The translations under genes were made by a program, and so were the position numbers. From a virus, in IMG/VR virus record IMGVR_UViG_3300006928_000001, positions 32,001 to 96,000 of that record: DNA of 64,000 bases, one strand, 5' to 3'. Numbering within the stretch: position 1 is the stretch's first letter; every line of letters begins with the position of its first letter. A model generated the notes under the pieces. The model searched no databases, was not told the DNA's origin, and worked only from the letters and a program-made list of their open reading frames with translations. Positions 1 to 8,428 of this stretch are shown piece after piece.

Positions 1-16
1 TAGTGAACCATGAGGT

Positions 17-577
17 TCAGTTCGTCTGGTCTCGAAATGAAGAGAGGATTGTCTTAGCCATCCAAGATGGATATCCCCTCATGTCTTGAGTGTACCAGTA
101 TGGTGAGATAGCCCCTAACCGACTTAGGTCACCACAGCAACGCATGAAACCACTTGCGATGGGACCTGCATGGGACATACCTGCTCCAGACTTCTTGTCT
201 GGAATACCACCATCACGTTCAACTTGACGCTTGAGAATACTCAATAGCGGCAACCAACAGTGCACCAACTTTCCACCGTTGGCGACAATACGTTCATCGA
301 TTTCACGCGCTTCGTTCATGGAGAGGTTAGACCCTCCTCGGAGAAGATTGGCGTATACGATCTCGCCAACGTGAAACCGATCGACTACTACTAGCGTACC
401 AGTTTCTGAAATCTCGATGAGATCGTCAAGCATGATGTCGTAGTGCAGATATGGCGGAATATCAGTTGGTGGTGGGCCGTTGTTGATTCGTACAACTGGA
501 CCGTCAAATTCTGCTTCAATAGCGTCAGCAAGGGTGGACTTACCGACGCCATCAGCTCCTTCCAGGAAGATCATCAC
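17..577 (-). CDS. dNMP (thymidylate-like) kinase
   Basis: P-loop IFLEGADGVGKST, plus VVVDRFHVGEIVYA matching the DR...(S/E)..Y motif of thymidylate kinases. Confidence 0.8.
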   Translation of the reverse strand: MMIFLEGADGVGKSTLADAIEAEFDGPVVRINNGPPPTDIPPYLHYDIMLDDLIEISETGTLVVVDRFHVGEIVYANLLRGGSNLSMNEAREIDERIVANGGKLVHCWLPLLSILKRQVERDGGIPDKKSGAGMSHAGPIASGFMRCCGDLSRLGAISPYWYTQDMRGYPSWMAKTILSSFRDQTN

Positions 578-582
578 TAGCT

Positions 583-750
583 TTAGCTCTCAAAAGAGAG
601 AGCAGAGACCATGCCGAGCACTGAAATTCCGGTAATAGTAACTACCGTGCTAGTATCACCGCCAAGTGATACTGCGTAAAACGCCCCACCAGAGATAACA
701 ACGATACCAAGTACCCCAAGGGCCATCAAAATGGTACTTTTATTCATCAT
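583..750 (-). CDS. 55-aa membrane protein with two hydrophobic segments (not in ORF track)
   Basis: Translated by hand: MMNKSTILMALGVLGIVVISGGAFYAVSLGGDTSTVVTITGISVLGMVSALSFES*; AGGAG SD upstream; fills the gap between neighbouring genes. Confidence 0.6.
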   Translation of the reverse strand: MMNKSTILMALGVLGIVVISGGAFYAVSLGGDTSTVVTITGISVLGMVSALSFES

Positions 751-753
751 CTT

Positions 754-972
754 TTACTCCTGCGCTTGTTCAACAGCAGTCTCAAGATAAGCCTTGGCTG
801 CGATGAACTCTTCACTACTGGTATGGGCGTCTAGGTACGTTGCGAGATTATCGTACAATTCTGGCTGTTCGTCACTATTAGTAATATGGTACTGCGTAAT
901 CATAGCCATCAACTTCGGTTTATTTTCCGTGTCAGCGAAGTGATCTACAATCGACTGCATCAACGGAGTCAT
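754..972 (-). CDS. hypothetical protein
   Basis: ATGA overlap with upstream gene; same strand as operon. Confidence 0.6.
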   Translation of the reverse strand: MTPLMQSIVDHFADTENKPKLMAMITQYHITNSDEQPELYDNLATYLDAHTSSEEFIAAKAYLETAVEQAQE

Positions 973-1907
973 CCTGCAATCTCCTTGGCGTCAGCTGGAA
1001 CACGAACCTTCCAGGCAATGTTGCGAGCCGCCTCGGGATGCATGGCACTGAACACACACGACAAAGTGTGTGGACTATGGTAGTTAGCCAGACGATTCCA
1101 GATTTCAATCTCCTTATCATCCATAGCACGAAAAAGATTACGAAGATTACTGAATGTCCCGTACTCTTCCATCACCTCACATCCGCGCTTTTCAAAAGCA
1201 CGACGTAGTTCAGACCGCTGCCATTCATAGATGTGGTTCTTGGCGATGAATCCGCCATTGACTGGCGTAGACAACAGAATCATCCCATCTGCACCATCCT
1301 CGCGCTCAGGCTTGCGGCGCGCATAACGAACCATTCCATCTAGGAATCGCTCGCCGTCAGGCTTGTCCATGTGCTCAAGTACTTCAAAGGAAATGACGAC
1401 GTCAAACGTCCAATCAGGAACTTTCTCCGGCTCGTCAACAGCATTCGTCTTACTGAGAATCTTGGTCTCAATGCCGGAAACGCGTGGACGGTACTTGATT
1501 TGATTCAGGTCTACGGCGCAATACTGCGAAGGCTTGTAGTGCTTAACGGCGCTATGGTCGCAGGTAAGCGTACGGAACAGAGGAATTTCTTTGCCACATC
1601 CCATTTCCATGATTCGAACGCCGGCTCCAAAGTGTTCCTTAACGACCTTCATCGGAAAACCATACCTGATTGCGTGAGCTAGGTAGTCACGTCCAATACG
1701 GTATGCCTTCTCAGGGGAAAGATGAGACTTATCGAACCGATTATCATCGGATCGTTCAGTTGGTGCAGCCCGGCTATGCGTCTTCTGTTCAAAGTACGGC
1801 TCAGCTTCCTTTACCGGCAGCCAATTATGCTCACCATCATCACCAGGCTCTGCCTCTCGGCGAAACTGACCGGTTCGAAGACAAACAAATCCTACGACGT
1901 CACTCAT
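969..1907 (-). CDS. class I SAM-dependent methyltransferase
   Basis: Motif I IMEMGCG, motif II YCAVD, FDVVISFEVLEHM, LLSTP, H.YEW. Confidence 0.8.
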   Translation of the reverse strand: MSDVVGFVCLRTGQFRREAEPGDDGEHNWLPVKEAEPYFEQKTHSRAAPTERSDDNRFDKSHLSPEKAYRIGRDYLAHAIRYGFPMKVVKEHFGAGVRIMEMGCGKEIPLFRTLTCDHSAVKHYKPSQYCAVDLNQIKYRPRVSGIETKILSKTNAVDEPEKVPDWTFDVVISFEVLEHMDKPDGERFLDGMVRYARRKPEREDGADGMILLSTPVNGGFIAKNHIYEWQRSELRRAFEKRGCEVMEEYGTFSNLRNLFRAMDDKEIEIWNRLANYHSPHTLSCVFSAMHPEAARNIAWKVRVPADAKEIAG

Positions 1908-1975
1908 AACGCTTTCCCCTCTCTGTGATTGTTACTGTGGTAAAGTACCACTAAGGTGAAGTGCTCACCACTTCG

Positions 1976-3766
1976 CTAGTTCGCTGGTGGGCGCTCTTGC
2001 GAAGATTCTTCGTCATCAGAATTCATCTGATCGATCTTACTGTTGACGGCGTCAAGGGCTTCTTGAGCCTGATTCTTGAATTCGCTGACATCAAAATCGT
2101 CTGGCAACTTAACGCTAAAGAGCTTCGCCATCATCTCTGGGTTCTCAGCATTCAGAATCGCTTCGACAACCATAAGTGGAACGTCACCCCACCAAAGATC
2201 AGTAGGCTTGTAGTCTCCACCAGTTGCGCTAGAGAACACGCGAGCAGCCTGATTGATGGACACACCGCCAAGCTGACCAGTAACACTGGTAATACCAGCA
2301 GCGGGTTCATTGTCTCCCCACTCTGGAGATTCGATTACGATCTTCCACTTAGTGATACCCATCTCGATAAGAACACGGTCTAGAAACGCCATACGTTCTT
2401 CGTGGTGCGGTCCAAACCTCAAGCGATTTACTACTGCCCATGCTGCTGATGCCGTGGCAAAATTGTACGAGTCAGACCGTCCAAGTAGAACAGCTGGAAT
2501 ACGTTCTGCTTCAGAGAACCTTGCGGCTAGACTATCCTGTAGTCCTGATTGGTCAAGAAGCTCCTTAGGTAGCTTGGTACTTAGCTCATGGAGCACAAGC
2601 TTGCCACGGTCATCACTGTTGTTACCAAATGGCAACTGACCATTCATATTTGCAGCAGAATCAGATGGCATCAGTGATAGAGTAATCAGTGATGCAAGCC
2701 CTTCACGGCCGCGACCAAGTGTATCGATCTTACTTACTGCAGAATTTGCTACAGCATCATCAAACGGGCGGTTAGCCGCGGCAAGGATTACACTGTGTAG
2801 ACCGGACTTGAGGTAGCTAAGCACGAGCTTAACATGCTCTTCAGCAGCAGTAGCCGCGTTCATTTCAGAATGCCACCCACTCCATCCGTACGGGTATGCT
2901 CCAGGAAACGACGTGCGCCAAGCCATAACTTCAGTCGCGGGTGTAGCACCCTTGGGTAGGGCTCCCGGCTTGTACTCTCCAGGTTGACCTGGCTTAAGAG
3001 ACGGTCGATGTCTATTACCGGTAGAGTATTTTCCGGTCTTAGCGTCCATTGCACGCCAATCACCGTATTCCTTGAACCAACGAGATCTACCACCGGACAG
3101 GGAGACCTTAAGCCGTCTAAAATGCCGTGGTTCTTCAATCCAGTAAATCGTACCGTCTTCAAGAGCTACTGGAACAGGAACCTTTGTTGCTGCTTGGTCT
3201 GGCTTGGACCATTCGGCATTAACAGCTTCAAACCTAGCGAATCCACGTGGCTTGGTAGGCATCGTCTGCTTAGCCTTACCCACGTAGGTTTCGCGGATGA
3301 CTACCACGCCACCCCAACCGAGGATTACGCGATCAAGCTCTTGTTCCTTGAAGCCAGCACGCAGTGACTTAGCACCACGTCCCAAGAAACCAGTTTGAAC
3401 AAGTACCTGAAGCCGGTTACGTTCTTCACGTACTTCCGGCTTCCAAGTCTTAGGCTTATCAAGATCGAATTTATCATCCTCCATCATGTTTACGTCAAAT
3501 CGCGGTTGTACCGAGTAGTGTGTTCCAGCACAACCTTCAGCGACGACGTGACAGACAGCCATCAGAGCACCGTTCTGCTTAACCGCATGCAGAACTAGCT
3601 TTGGATCAATTGGCTTACGAGTCATTGCTCCAGTAAACATCTGATTGATGTCGCCTGGCTCAGAACCGGGAAGTTCACCCGGCCGATACTGCAGATTGAT
3701 GCTCTGCGAGCCGAGAATTACCGCGGCTTCAGAGGCGACGTAATCAGGCATTGATCGATTCTCCAC
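1976..3766 (-). CDS. phage portal protein (PBSX/HK97-like)
   Basis: 596 aa; ELDRVILGWGGVVVIR, FKEYGD.R, and RIPAVLLGRSDSYNFATASAA, typical of the portal C-terminal P.LLG....N.ATA motif. Confidence 0.7.
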   Translation of the reverse strand: MENRSMPDYVASEAAVILGSQSINLQYRPGELPGSEPGDINQMFTGAMTRKPIDPKLVLHAVKQNGALMAVCHVVAEGCAGTHYSVQPRFDVNMMEDDKFDLDKPKTWKPEVREERNRLQVLVQTGFLGRGAKSLRAGFKEQELDRVILGWGGVVVIRETYVGKAKQTMPTKPRGFARFEAVNAEWSKPDQAATKVPVPVALEDGTIYWIEEPRHFRRLKVSLSGGRSRWFKEYGDWRAMDAKTGKYSTGNRHRPSLKPGQPGEYKPGALPKGATPATEVMAWRTSFPGAYPYGWSGWHSEMNAATAAEEHVKLVLSYLKSGLHSVILAAANRPFDDAVANSAVSKIDTLGRGREGLASLITLSLMPSDSAANMNGQLPFGNNSDDRGKLVLHELSTKLPKELLDQSGLQDSLAARFSEAERIPAVLLGRSDSYNFATASAAWAVVNRLRFGPHHEERMAFLDRVLIEMGITKWKIVIESPEWGDNEPAAGITSVTGQLGGVSINQAARVFSSATGGDYKPTDLWWGDVPLMVVEAILNAENPEMMAKLFSVKLPDDFDVSEFKNQAQEALDAVNSKIDQMNSDDEESSQERPPAN

Positions 3767-4991
3767 GACGGGCGGTAATCAGCTTCATCGCAGCGATGAT
3801 ATCACCGTTACCAATCCGTTCGGTATCAGCAAGGTTCAATGCCGCGGCAATAAGCCCTCGCAGATCGTCATAAGACCAGTTGCTAGAACTGCGGACGACA
3901 CTCTGTAGAGTTCCATCGTCAACGTCGTCTTCAACCAATTGACGCTTAAGGTACTTCATACGTAGGTCAGGGCCAGGAAGCGGGACTTCCAAAATCATAT
4001 CAAAGCGACGGCGCATCGGACCATTAAATGGTTCCGTGCTATTGGACGTGACTACGAAGATAAGTCCATCCGTACTACCCATTCCACTAAGCGCAGTTAG
4101 TAGAGTGTGTCCAGTAATTCCAGTTCTGTTTTCAGAAGCAAGAACCTTTTCGAAGTCATCTAGAATTACTACAGCCGGGCCCTTACGCTGTGCCCAACTA
4201 AGAAAGTTCTTGAATGTACGACCGTCAGCGTATCGATCAGTGAAGTCAAAAGACACTGGTGTAAGACCGAGTTCAGTTGCCATCCATCGTGCTAGAGACG
4301 TCTTGCCAGTCCCAGCTGGACCGTTGAACAAATACTTACGGGTCCATGGCAACCGACGCTTCTGAAAGGACTCCTTCTTATCGAGAAATCCCTTAACGTC
4401 GTTAACGATAGATGTTTTTACGTAGTCATCCATGATAATGTCGTTAAGGGTCATTGGACTGATACGCTCAGCCCCACCGTTATAGACTTCCATCATCATG
4501 TTGGCTTGACTGATGAATCTAGTTGCCGTGTCAGCAGCGTTGACGAGTCTCATCCATGGTTCGATAGCCGTTTTTGGAATCAGAGCAACGTGCTCATTCC
4601 ATTCTTCTCCAGTACGCATCATTTGATGCCTAACCGGAACGATATAACCTACTGGGCCTTCGTTAGCATTGTGCTGAGCGAACCTCAACTTCATCGCCGC
4701 GCCATCGACTACAGGATGTACCCCACGGAACGAAATTCCTGGAGACTCTAGATGGCTAACGGATACTGCACCACTCAGCTGAGTGAAGATCATCTTCGCT
4801 TCTTCAGGTGTACCAAGAAGCCCGCTAAGATCGCTAGAAGCGACCAGCCAGTATACAAGCTGATCAACTCCACCCTTAAAAACGATGTGACTAGAATCCA
4901 TAACGGCAGGAAGGCCGAGACTTTGAAGCATCTGCTGCAAAGACTCTCGATGCAACCAATTACGCTTTTGAGTTACAGACGGGTACATCAA
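3744..4991 (-). CDS. AAA+ ATPase
   Basis: Walker A GPAGTGKT, Walker B VVILDDFE, sensor-1 VVTSN, arginine finger MRRRFD. Confidence 0.85.
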   Translation of the reverse strand: MMYPSVTQKRNWLHRESLQQMLQSLGLPAVMDSSHIVFKGGVDQLVYWLVASSDLSGLLGTPEEAKMIFTQLSGAVSVSHLESPGISFRGVHPVVDGAAMKLRFAQHNANEGPVGYIVPVRHQMMRTGEEWNEHVALIPKTAIEPWMRLVNAADTATRFISQANMMMEVYNGGAERISPMTLNDIIMDDYVKTSIVNDVKGFLDKKESFQKRRLPWTRKYLFNGPAGTGKTSLARWMATELGLTPVSFDFTDRYADGRTFKNFLSWAQRKGPAVVILDDFEKVLASENRTGITGHTLLTALSGMGSTDGLIFVVTSNSTEPFNGPMRRRFDMILEVPLPGPDLRMKYLKRQLVEDDVDDGTLQSVVRSSSNWSYDDLRGLIAAALNLADTERIGNGDIIAAMKLITARRGESINA

Positions 4992-5046
4992 GAACCTCCT
5001 CGACTACTCTGTCAGGTTACCACATTCGAACTAGTTCGTCCAGCTC

Positions 5047-6006
5047 TCACGGCTTCGTACCATCTCGCTTGCACAAGCGATAAAACGGGCAACGCTCACA
5101 TACAGACGGGTCGTCAGTTGCTTCAAACTTATCACGGATAGGGATGTTTTGGTCTAGATCACCATCTTTCAAGCGATCGGCCAGATCTTCGGCAAAGAGA
5201 TCGATGATCATCCCAGTTTTTTCGATGTCTTCATCGGTGATGCGAAAATGATCTACTTGCACGTTTTCTTGACTGATGTATGGAATTACAGAATGGACGG
5301 ATGACCATCCAAGACCGTTAGCCCACATTCCGTACAGTTTAGCTTGTAGTTTGTCTTTCTTACGCTTGCGGCCAGTCTTCCAATCCACTACTATGACAGA
5401 GTTATCACTACCACGAATAACCAAGTCCATAGCTACCCAGACTCGTAACCCTGACCTTCGAAAAGACATCAAATCTTCGACCATAACTATTTGCCTGTAG
5501 TTATTGATCGCGTGTCGCAATATGTTCCTAGTCTCATTACCAGTATCGGCTTTGTACCAGGAGTTATCCTTCGCTAAAGAGTGTAATTTTTGCTGTATCC
5601 GCAGCCAGACATTCTCCCAATTTACCGGTTCGCCGTCAATAATTTCTGATAGCTGTAGCCTATGCTTCGGATTGCCAGAGTGTTGATTTAGAGCTTGGTC
5701 TTGCCCACGTGCGAACATACTTCGTGCGTGGGCAAGCATCACCGGTTCTATGTCACTAAACTTACGGCCTTGCCTAGCTTGATCGAGGATATGCTGTGCA
5801 GCCTTATGGATGATTTTTCCTGACCATGATGGTATCGTCTCAATAAACTTAGCCTCGTAGTTCTCCTCAGCTGTTCTGTCAGATGGAGGCTTATTACCAC
5901 GCCACCACCCACCCCATGAAGCATAAGTCCACCGATAGTATTTCAGTGGACACTCTGCAATCATCGTTGCTTTAGAGAATGAAAACGATGCTTCGTTCTT
6001 AAACAC
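5047..6006 (-). CDS. PD-(D/E)xK nuclease, RecB/Cas4-like exonuclease
   Basis: N-terminal SFS...CPLKY, G...H, D-LV...VVDWKTG, QAKLY, C-terminal CERCPFYRLC (Fe-S cysteines). Confidence 0.85.
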   Translation of the reverse strand: MFKNEASFSFSKATMIAECPLKYYRWTYASWGGWWRGNKPPSDRTAEENYEAKFIETIPSWSGKIIHKAAQHILDQARQGRKFSDIEPVMLAHARSMFARGQDQALNQHSGNPKHRLQLSEIIDGEPVNWENVWLRIQQKLHSLAKDNSWYKADTGNETRNILRHAINNYRQIVMVEDLMSFRRSGLRVWVAMDLVIRGSDNSVIVVDWKTGRKRKKDKLQAKLYGMWANGLGWSSVHSVIPYISQENVQVDHFRITDEDIEKTGMIIDLFAEDLADRLKDGDLDQNIPIRDKFEATDDPSVCERCPFYRLCKRDGTKP

Positions 6007-7295
6007 TATGCAGCCTCAGACTCGCTAAGTGGCATCTTGATATCGGGGTGCCGCTTAGCCCACCAGGCTTGACGCTCCTTTAGAGACATCTTAAGCGAGA
6101 GACGTTCTCCACGACTACGCCAGTCAATCGCCTGCATCCAAGAGTTACGGTGACTTGGCTCACCAGTTAAAGCCGGAACGGTTCGTACTCCTCGTCTAAT
6201 ACCATCTGCCAAGACTCTACCCAAAAATGCGGCATTATGCGTACACAGCCCGCGACCAATTTCGGCATACGCCTTAGACTTTGGTGAGAACTCGTAGTCA
6301 AGCGGAAACCCCATGATGGTTGCACACTCACGCGGCGTGAGATACCTGTCTTCTACTGGGTGGATGACGGTATGGCCGCCTAGAATATTCGGTGATGGTC
6401 GATCAAGGCGACCACGGGTGTGCGTGAATCCCGGCCTAGAAGAACCATTCCATTTTGCGCCACGAGGCCGATAATGCTTATGCATCAATTCATCTGCCAC
6501 TTCACGTAGATGTGATCCTGGAGGGCAGTACGGCATAATGGACCTGAACGCACCAAAGTAGGTATTCTTGTTGTTAGGAAGATCACCACCGTTTTTTACG
6601 AGCTCTAGTGCGTCTCCAAGAGTCTTGGAACCAAGATTGTCTGCAGATTCGTTATTGTAAACGCCACGCCAATCTAGATCGTATTTACTAGCTACGAAAT
6701 GGAACCTTCGTCGATCTTGGTATCCACCATGAATAGCGGATGTCGTTAGAAACGCATAACACCTGTATCCAAGGGATCTTGCTCTAAAGGCCATCGCGTC
6801 TAGAAAGCTACGTTCCTTGCTAAAGATTGCTGGAACTAGCTCCCAAGTCCAGATGTCTGGCTGAAGACGGAATGCTGCCTCGTACGCTACGTACCGTGTG
6901 TAGCACATTCTGTCATCACTAGATCCTTCGTGCTTCCCAGGCCCAGCATAGGCTACACACGGCGGATTCGCATAGAAAATACGAGGTACATTACCCGCAC
7001 TCTTTAGCTCATCAATGAATGACAACCAATCTTCTCCGTTAGTGGACCTGTTAAGATACCCGTCTTTGAGAGGGATATTAGCAACCGGCCAACGTTGGCG
7101 TGACACGTTGCTACCTAAGTCTAGATCAGGTAGCTCTAGATGACCAGCAACGTTAATTCCAGCCTGCTCCATACCAAGACTGAAAGCTCCAGCAAAAACG
7201 CATGCACCCAGAGCAGTGACTTCGTTACGCCCAGCTTCTAGTTCAGCATGAATTGCGTCCATTTGTTCGCGGTTAGACAATGGAAGATACGACAT
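6006..7295 (-). CDS. cytosine-C5 DNA methyltransferase-fold enzyme, paralogue 1 (atypical cofactor pocket)
   Basis: Motifs I CVFAGAFSLG, IV NPPCV, VI WELV, VIII QDRRR, IX RYLTPREC...GFP, X EIGRGL. Confidence 0.85.
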   Translation of the reverse strand: MSYLPLSNREQMDAIHAELEAGRNEVTALGACVFAGAFSLGMEQAGINVAGHLELPDLDLGSNVSRQRWPVANIPLKDGYLNRSTNGEDWLSFIDELKSAGNVPRIFYANPPCVAYAGPGKHEGSSDDRMCYTRYVAYEAAFRLQPDIWTWELVPAIFSKERSFLDAMAFRARSLGYRCYAFLTTSAIHGGYQDRRRFHFVASKYDLDWRGVYNNESADNLGSKTLGDALELVKNGGDLPNNKNTYFGAFRSIMPYCPPGSHLREVADELMHKHYRPRGAKWNGSSRPGFTHTRGRLDRPSPNILGGHTVIHPVEDRYLTPRECATIMGFPLDYEFSPKSKAYAEIGRGLCTHNAAFLGRVLADGIRRGVRTVPALTGEPSHRNSWMQAIDWRSRGERLSLKMSLKERQAWWAKRHPDIKMPLSESEAA

Positions 7296-8083
7296 TAGTA
7301 GCCATCCTTCTGACGCTTGAAGTTAATGTCGTTCTTATGCATGAACGCGTAGTATAGATGGTCAAGTTTAACGCCTGGAATAGCCTGTGCGCAGGCACAG
7401 ATTTCAGGCATCAGCGTAAAGTAAATGAACCCAGATCCGGGTGGAAACTTGTGAGGATTTACAGCACCATTACTAACAAGAATCTGTTGGCGAATAGCCG
7501 CTGCAGTATCAACAAGTAGCTGACGTAGATAGTTAATCCTGGCCGCTACCTTTTTCTCCCAATCCTCGCCATGTGCTCCGTCAGCATGACTGAACATACT
7601 ATAGATTGCAAGGTTCGGACCCTGTCCATTACGTTCAGCCAGAGCCCAAGCAAAGTCAAGACCAAACGCAGGTACCTGCACTTGCATGGCGCTAGCTGTA
7701 ACTTTTGCCACAAGCTCCCGCTCAGGTTGTCCGCCCATGAAAAGATATGCGTTGACGACGAAGTGCATCACGTCGACAAGCTCCATGAGCAACTCATCTT
7801 TGTCGGCTTGAACAGGGTTAGACTTATGGTGCTTCCATCCACCTTCCACCATGTCCCAAGCTTCACTAGCCTCTTGGACACCCATATCAAGATGGTGGAT
7901 AACCCTACGTGGAAGGCAGAACGTCTTCTTGCCGAAGTCTTTCAGCCTGGAATCGTATGACCCAACCAGAGTCTGAAAATCCATCTGTCGCTTAATGATT
8001 TTTGCCTGGTGATCAATCGACCAGTCAAGTTCATCAAATTCGGTGTCGATGGAGAATTCATCGGCACAGTTCTGCACTTTCAT
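7295..8083 (-). CDS. dimeric (all-alpha) dUTPase-like NTP pyrophosphatase
   Basis: QEASEA...WKHHK, ELLMELVDVMHF, C-terminal KNDINFKRQKDGY. Confidence 0.8.
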   Translation of the reverse strand: MKVQNCADEFSIDTEFDELDWSIDHQAKIIKRQMDFQTLVGSYDSRLKDFGKKTFCLPRRVIHHLDMGVQEASEAWDMVEGGWKHHKSNPVQADKDELLMELVDVMHFVVNAYLFMGGQPERELVAKVTASAMQVQVPAFGLDFAWALAERNGQGPNLAIYSMFSHADGAHGEDWEKKVAARINYLRQLLVDTAAAIRQQILVSNGAVNPHKFPPGSGFIYFTLMPEICACAQAIPGVKLDHLYYAFMHKNDINFKRQKDGY

Positions 8084-8086
8084 CGT

Positions 8087-8428
8087 TTACTTCCTATTCT
8101 TTCGCTTTGAAGCCTTCTTGGTCTTCCGCTTCTTCTTCTTAGCCTTTCTAGCCTTTCGTGACACTGGCTTGGATCGGTCGCTGTCGGGCAAGATCACTCG
8201 ATACTCGATTTCATCGGTATCTGCTTGTTCACTTGTCAACTCGGCGTCAGTGTGAGAAGCGGCCGTCAACTTCGTACTTGATGACACAGGAATACCGGAA
8301 ACTCCGAACCCGAAAAAGCCCGACCCACTACCATTTCCGGTAGTCCGTCGGACTTTTACAAGCTTGGCTTTCCTCACTGCGCCAGTTAAAGCTTGGCGCA
8401 GTGAGGAGACCAGCGGATCAGGCTTCAC
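8087..8428 (-). CDS. small protein with very basic C-terminus (true start probably downstream of the hairpin, about 8287)
   Basis: RKARKAKKKKRKTKKASKRKNRK tail; the annotated 5' part overlaps a terminator-like hairpin. Confidence 0.45.
   Translation of the reverse strand: MKPDPLVSSLRQALTGAVRKAKLVKVRRTTGNGSGSGFFGFGVSGIPVSSSTKLTAASHTDAELTSEQADTDEIEYRVILPDSDRSKPVSRKARKAKKKKRKTKKASKRKNRK
8313..8357 (-). terminator. intrinsic terminator after the 8425-9555 gene
   Basis: Minus strand AAAAGTCCGAC-GG-ACTACC-GGAAAT-GGTAGT-GG-GTCGGGC-TTTTT: interrupted stem plus U-tract. Confidence 0.65.

Noticed and set aside
969-1907. CmoA-type carboxy-SAM synthase
   Set aside because: Motifs (FEVLEH, STP, HxxE) fit generic class I methyltransferases; CmoA signatures were not recognised
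5047-6006. Cas4-like nuclease as evidence of CRISPR-Cas
   Set aside because: No repeat-spacer array or other cas genes; solo PD-(D/E)xK nucleases are ordinary in phage replication modules
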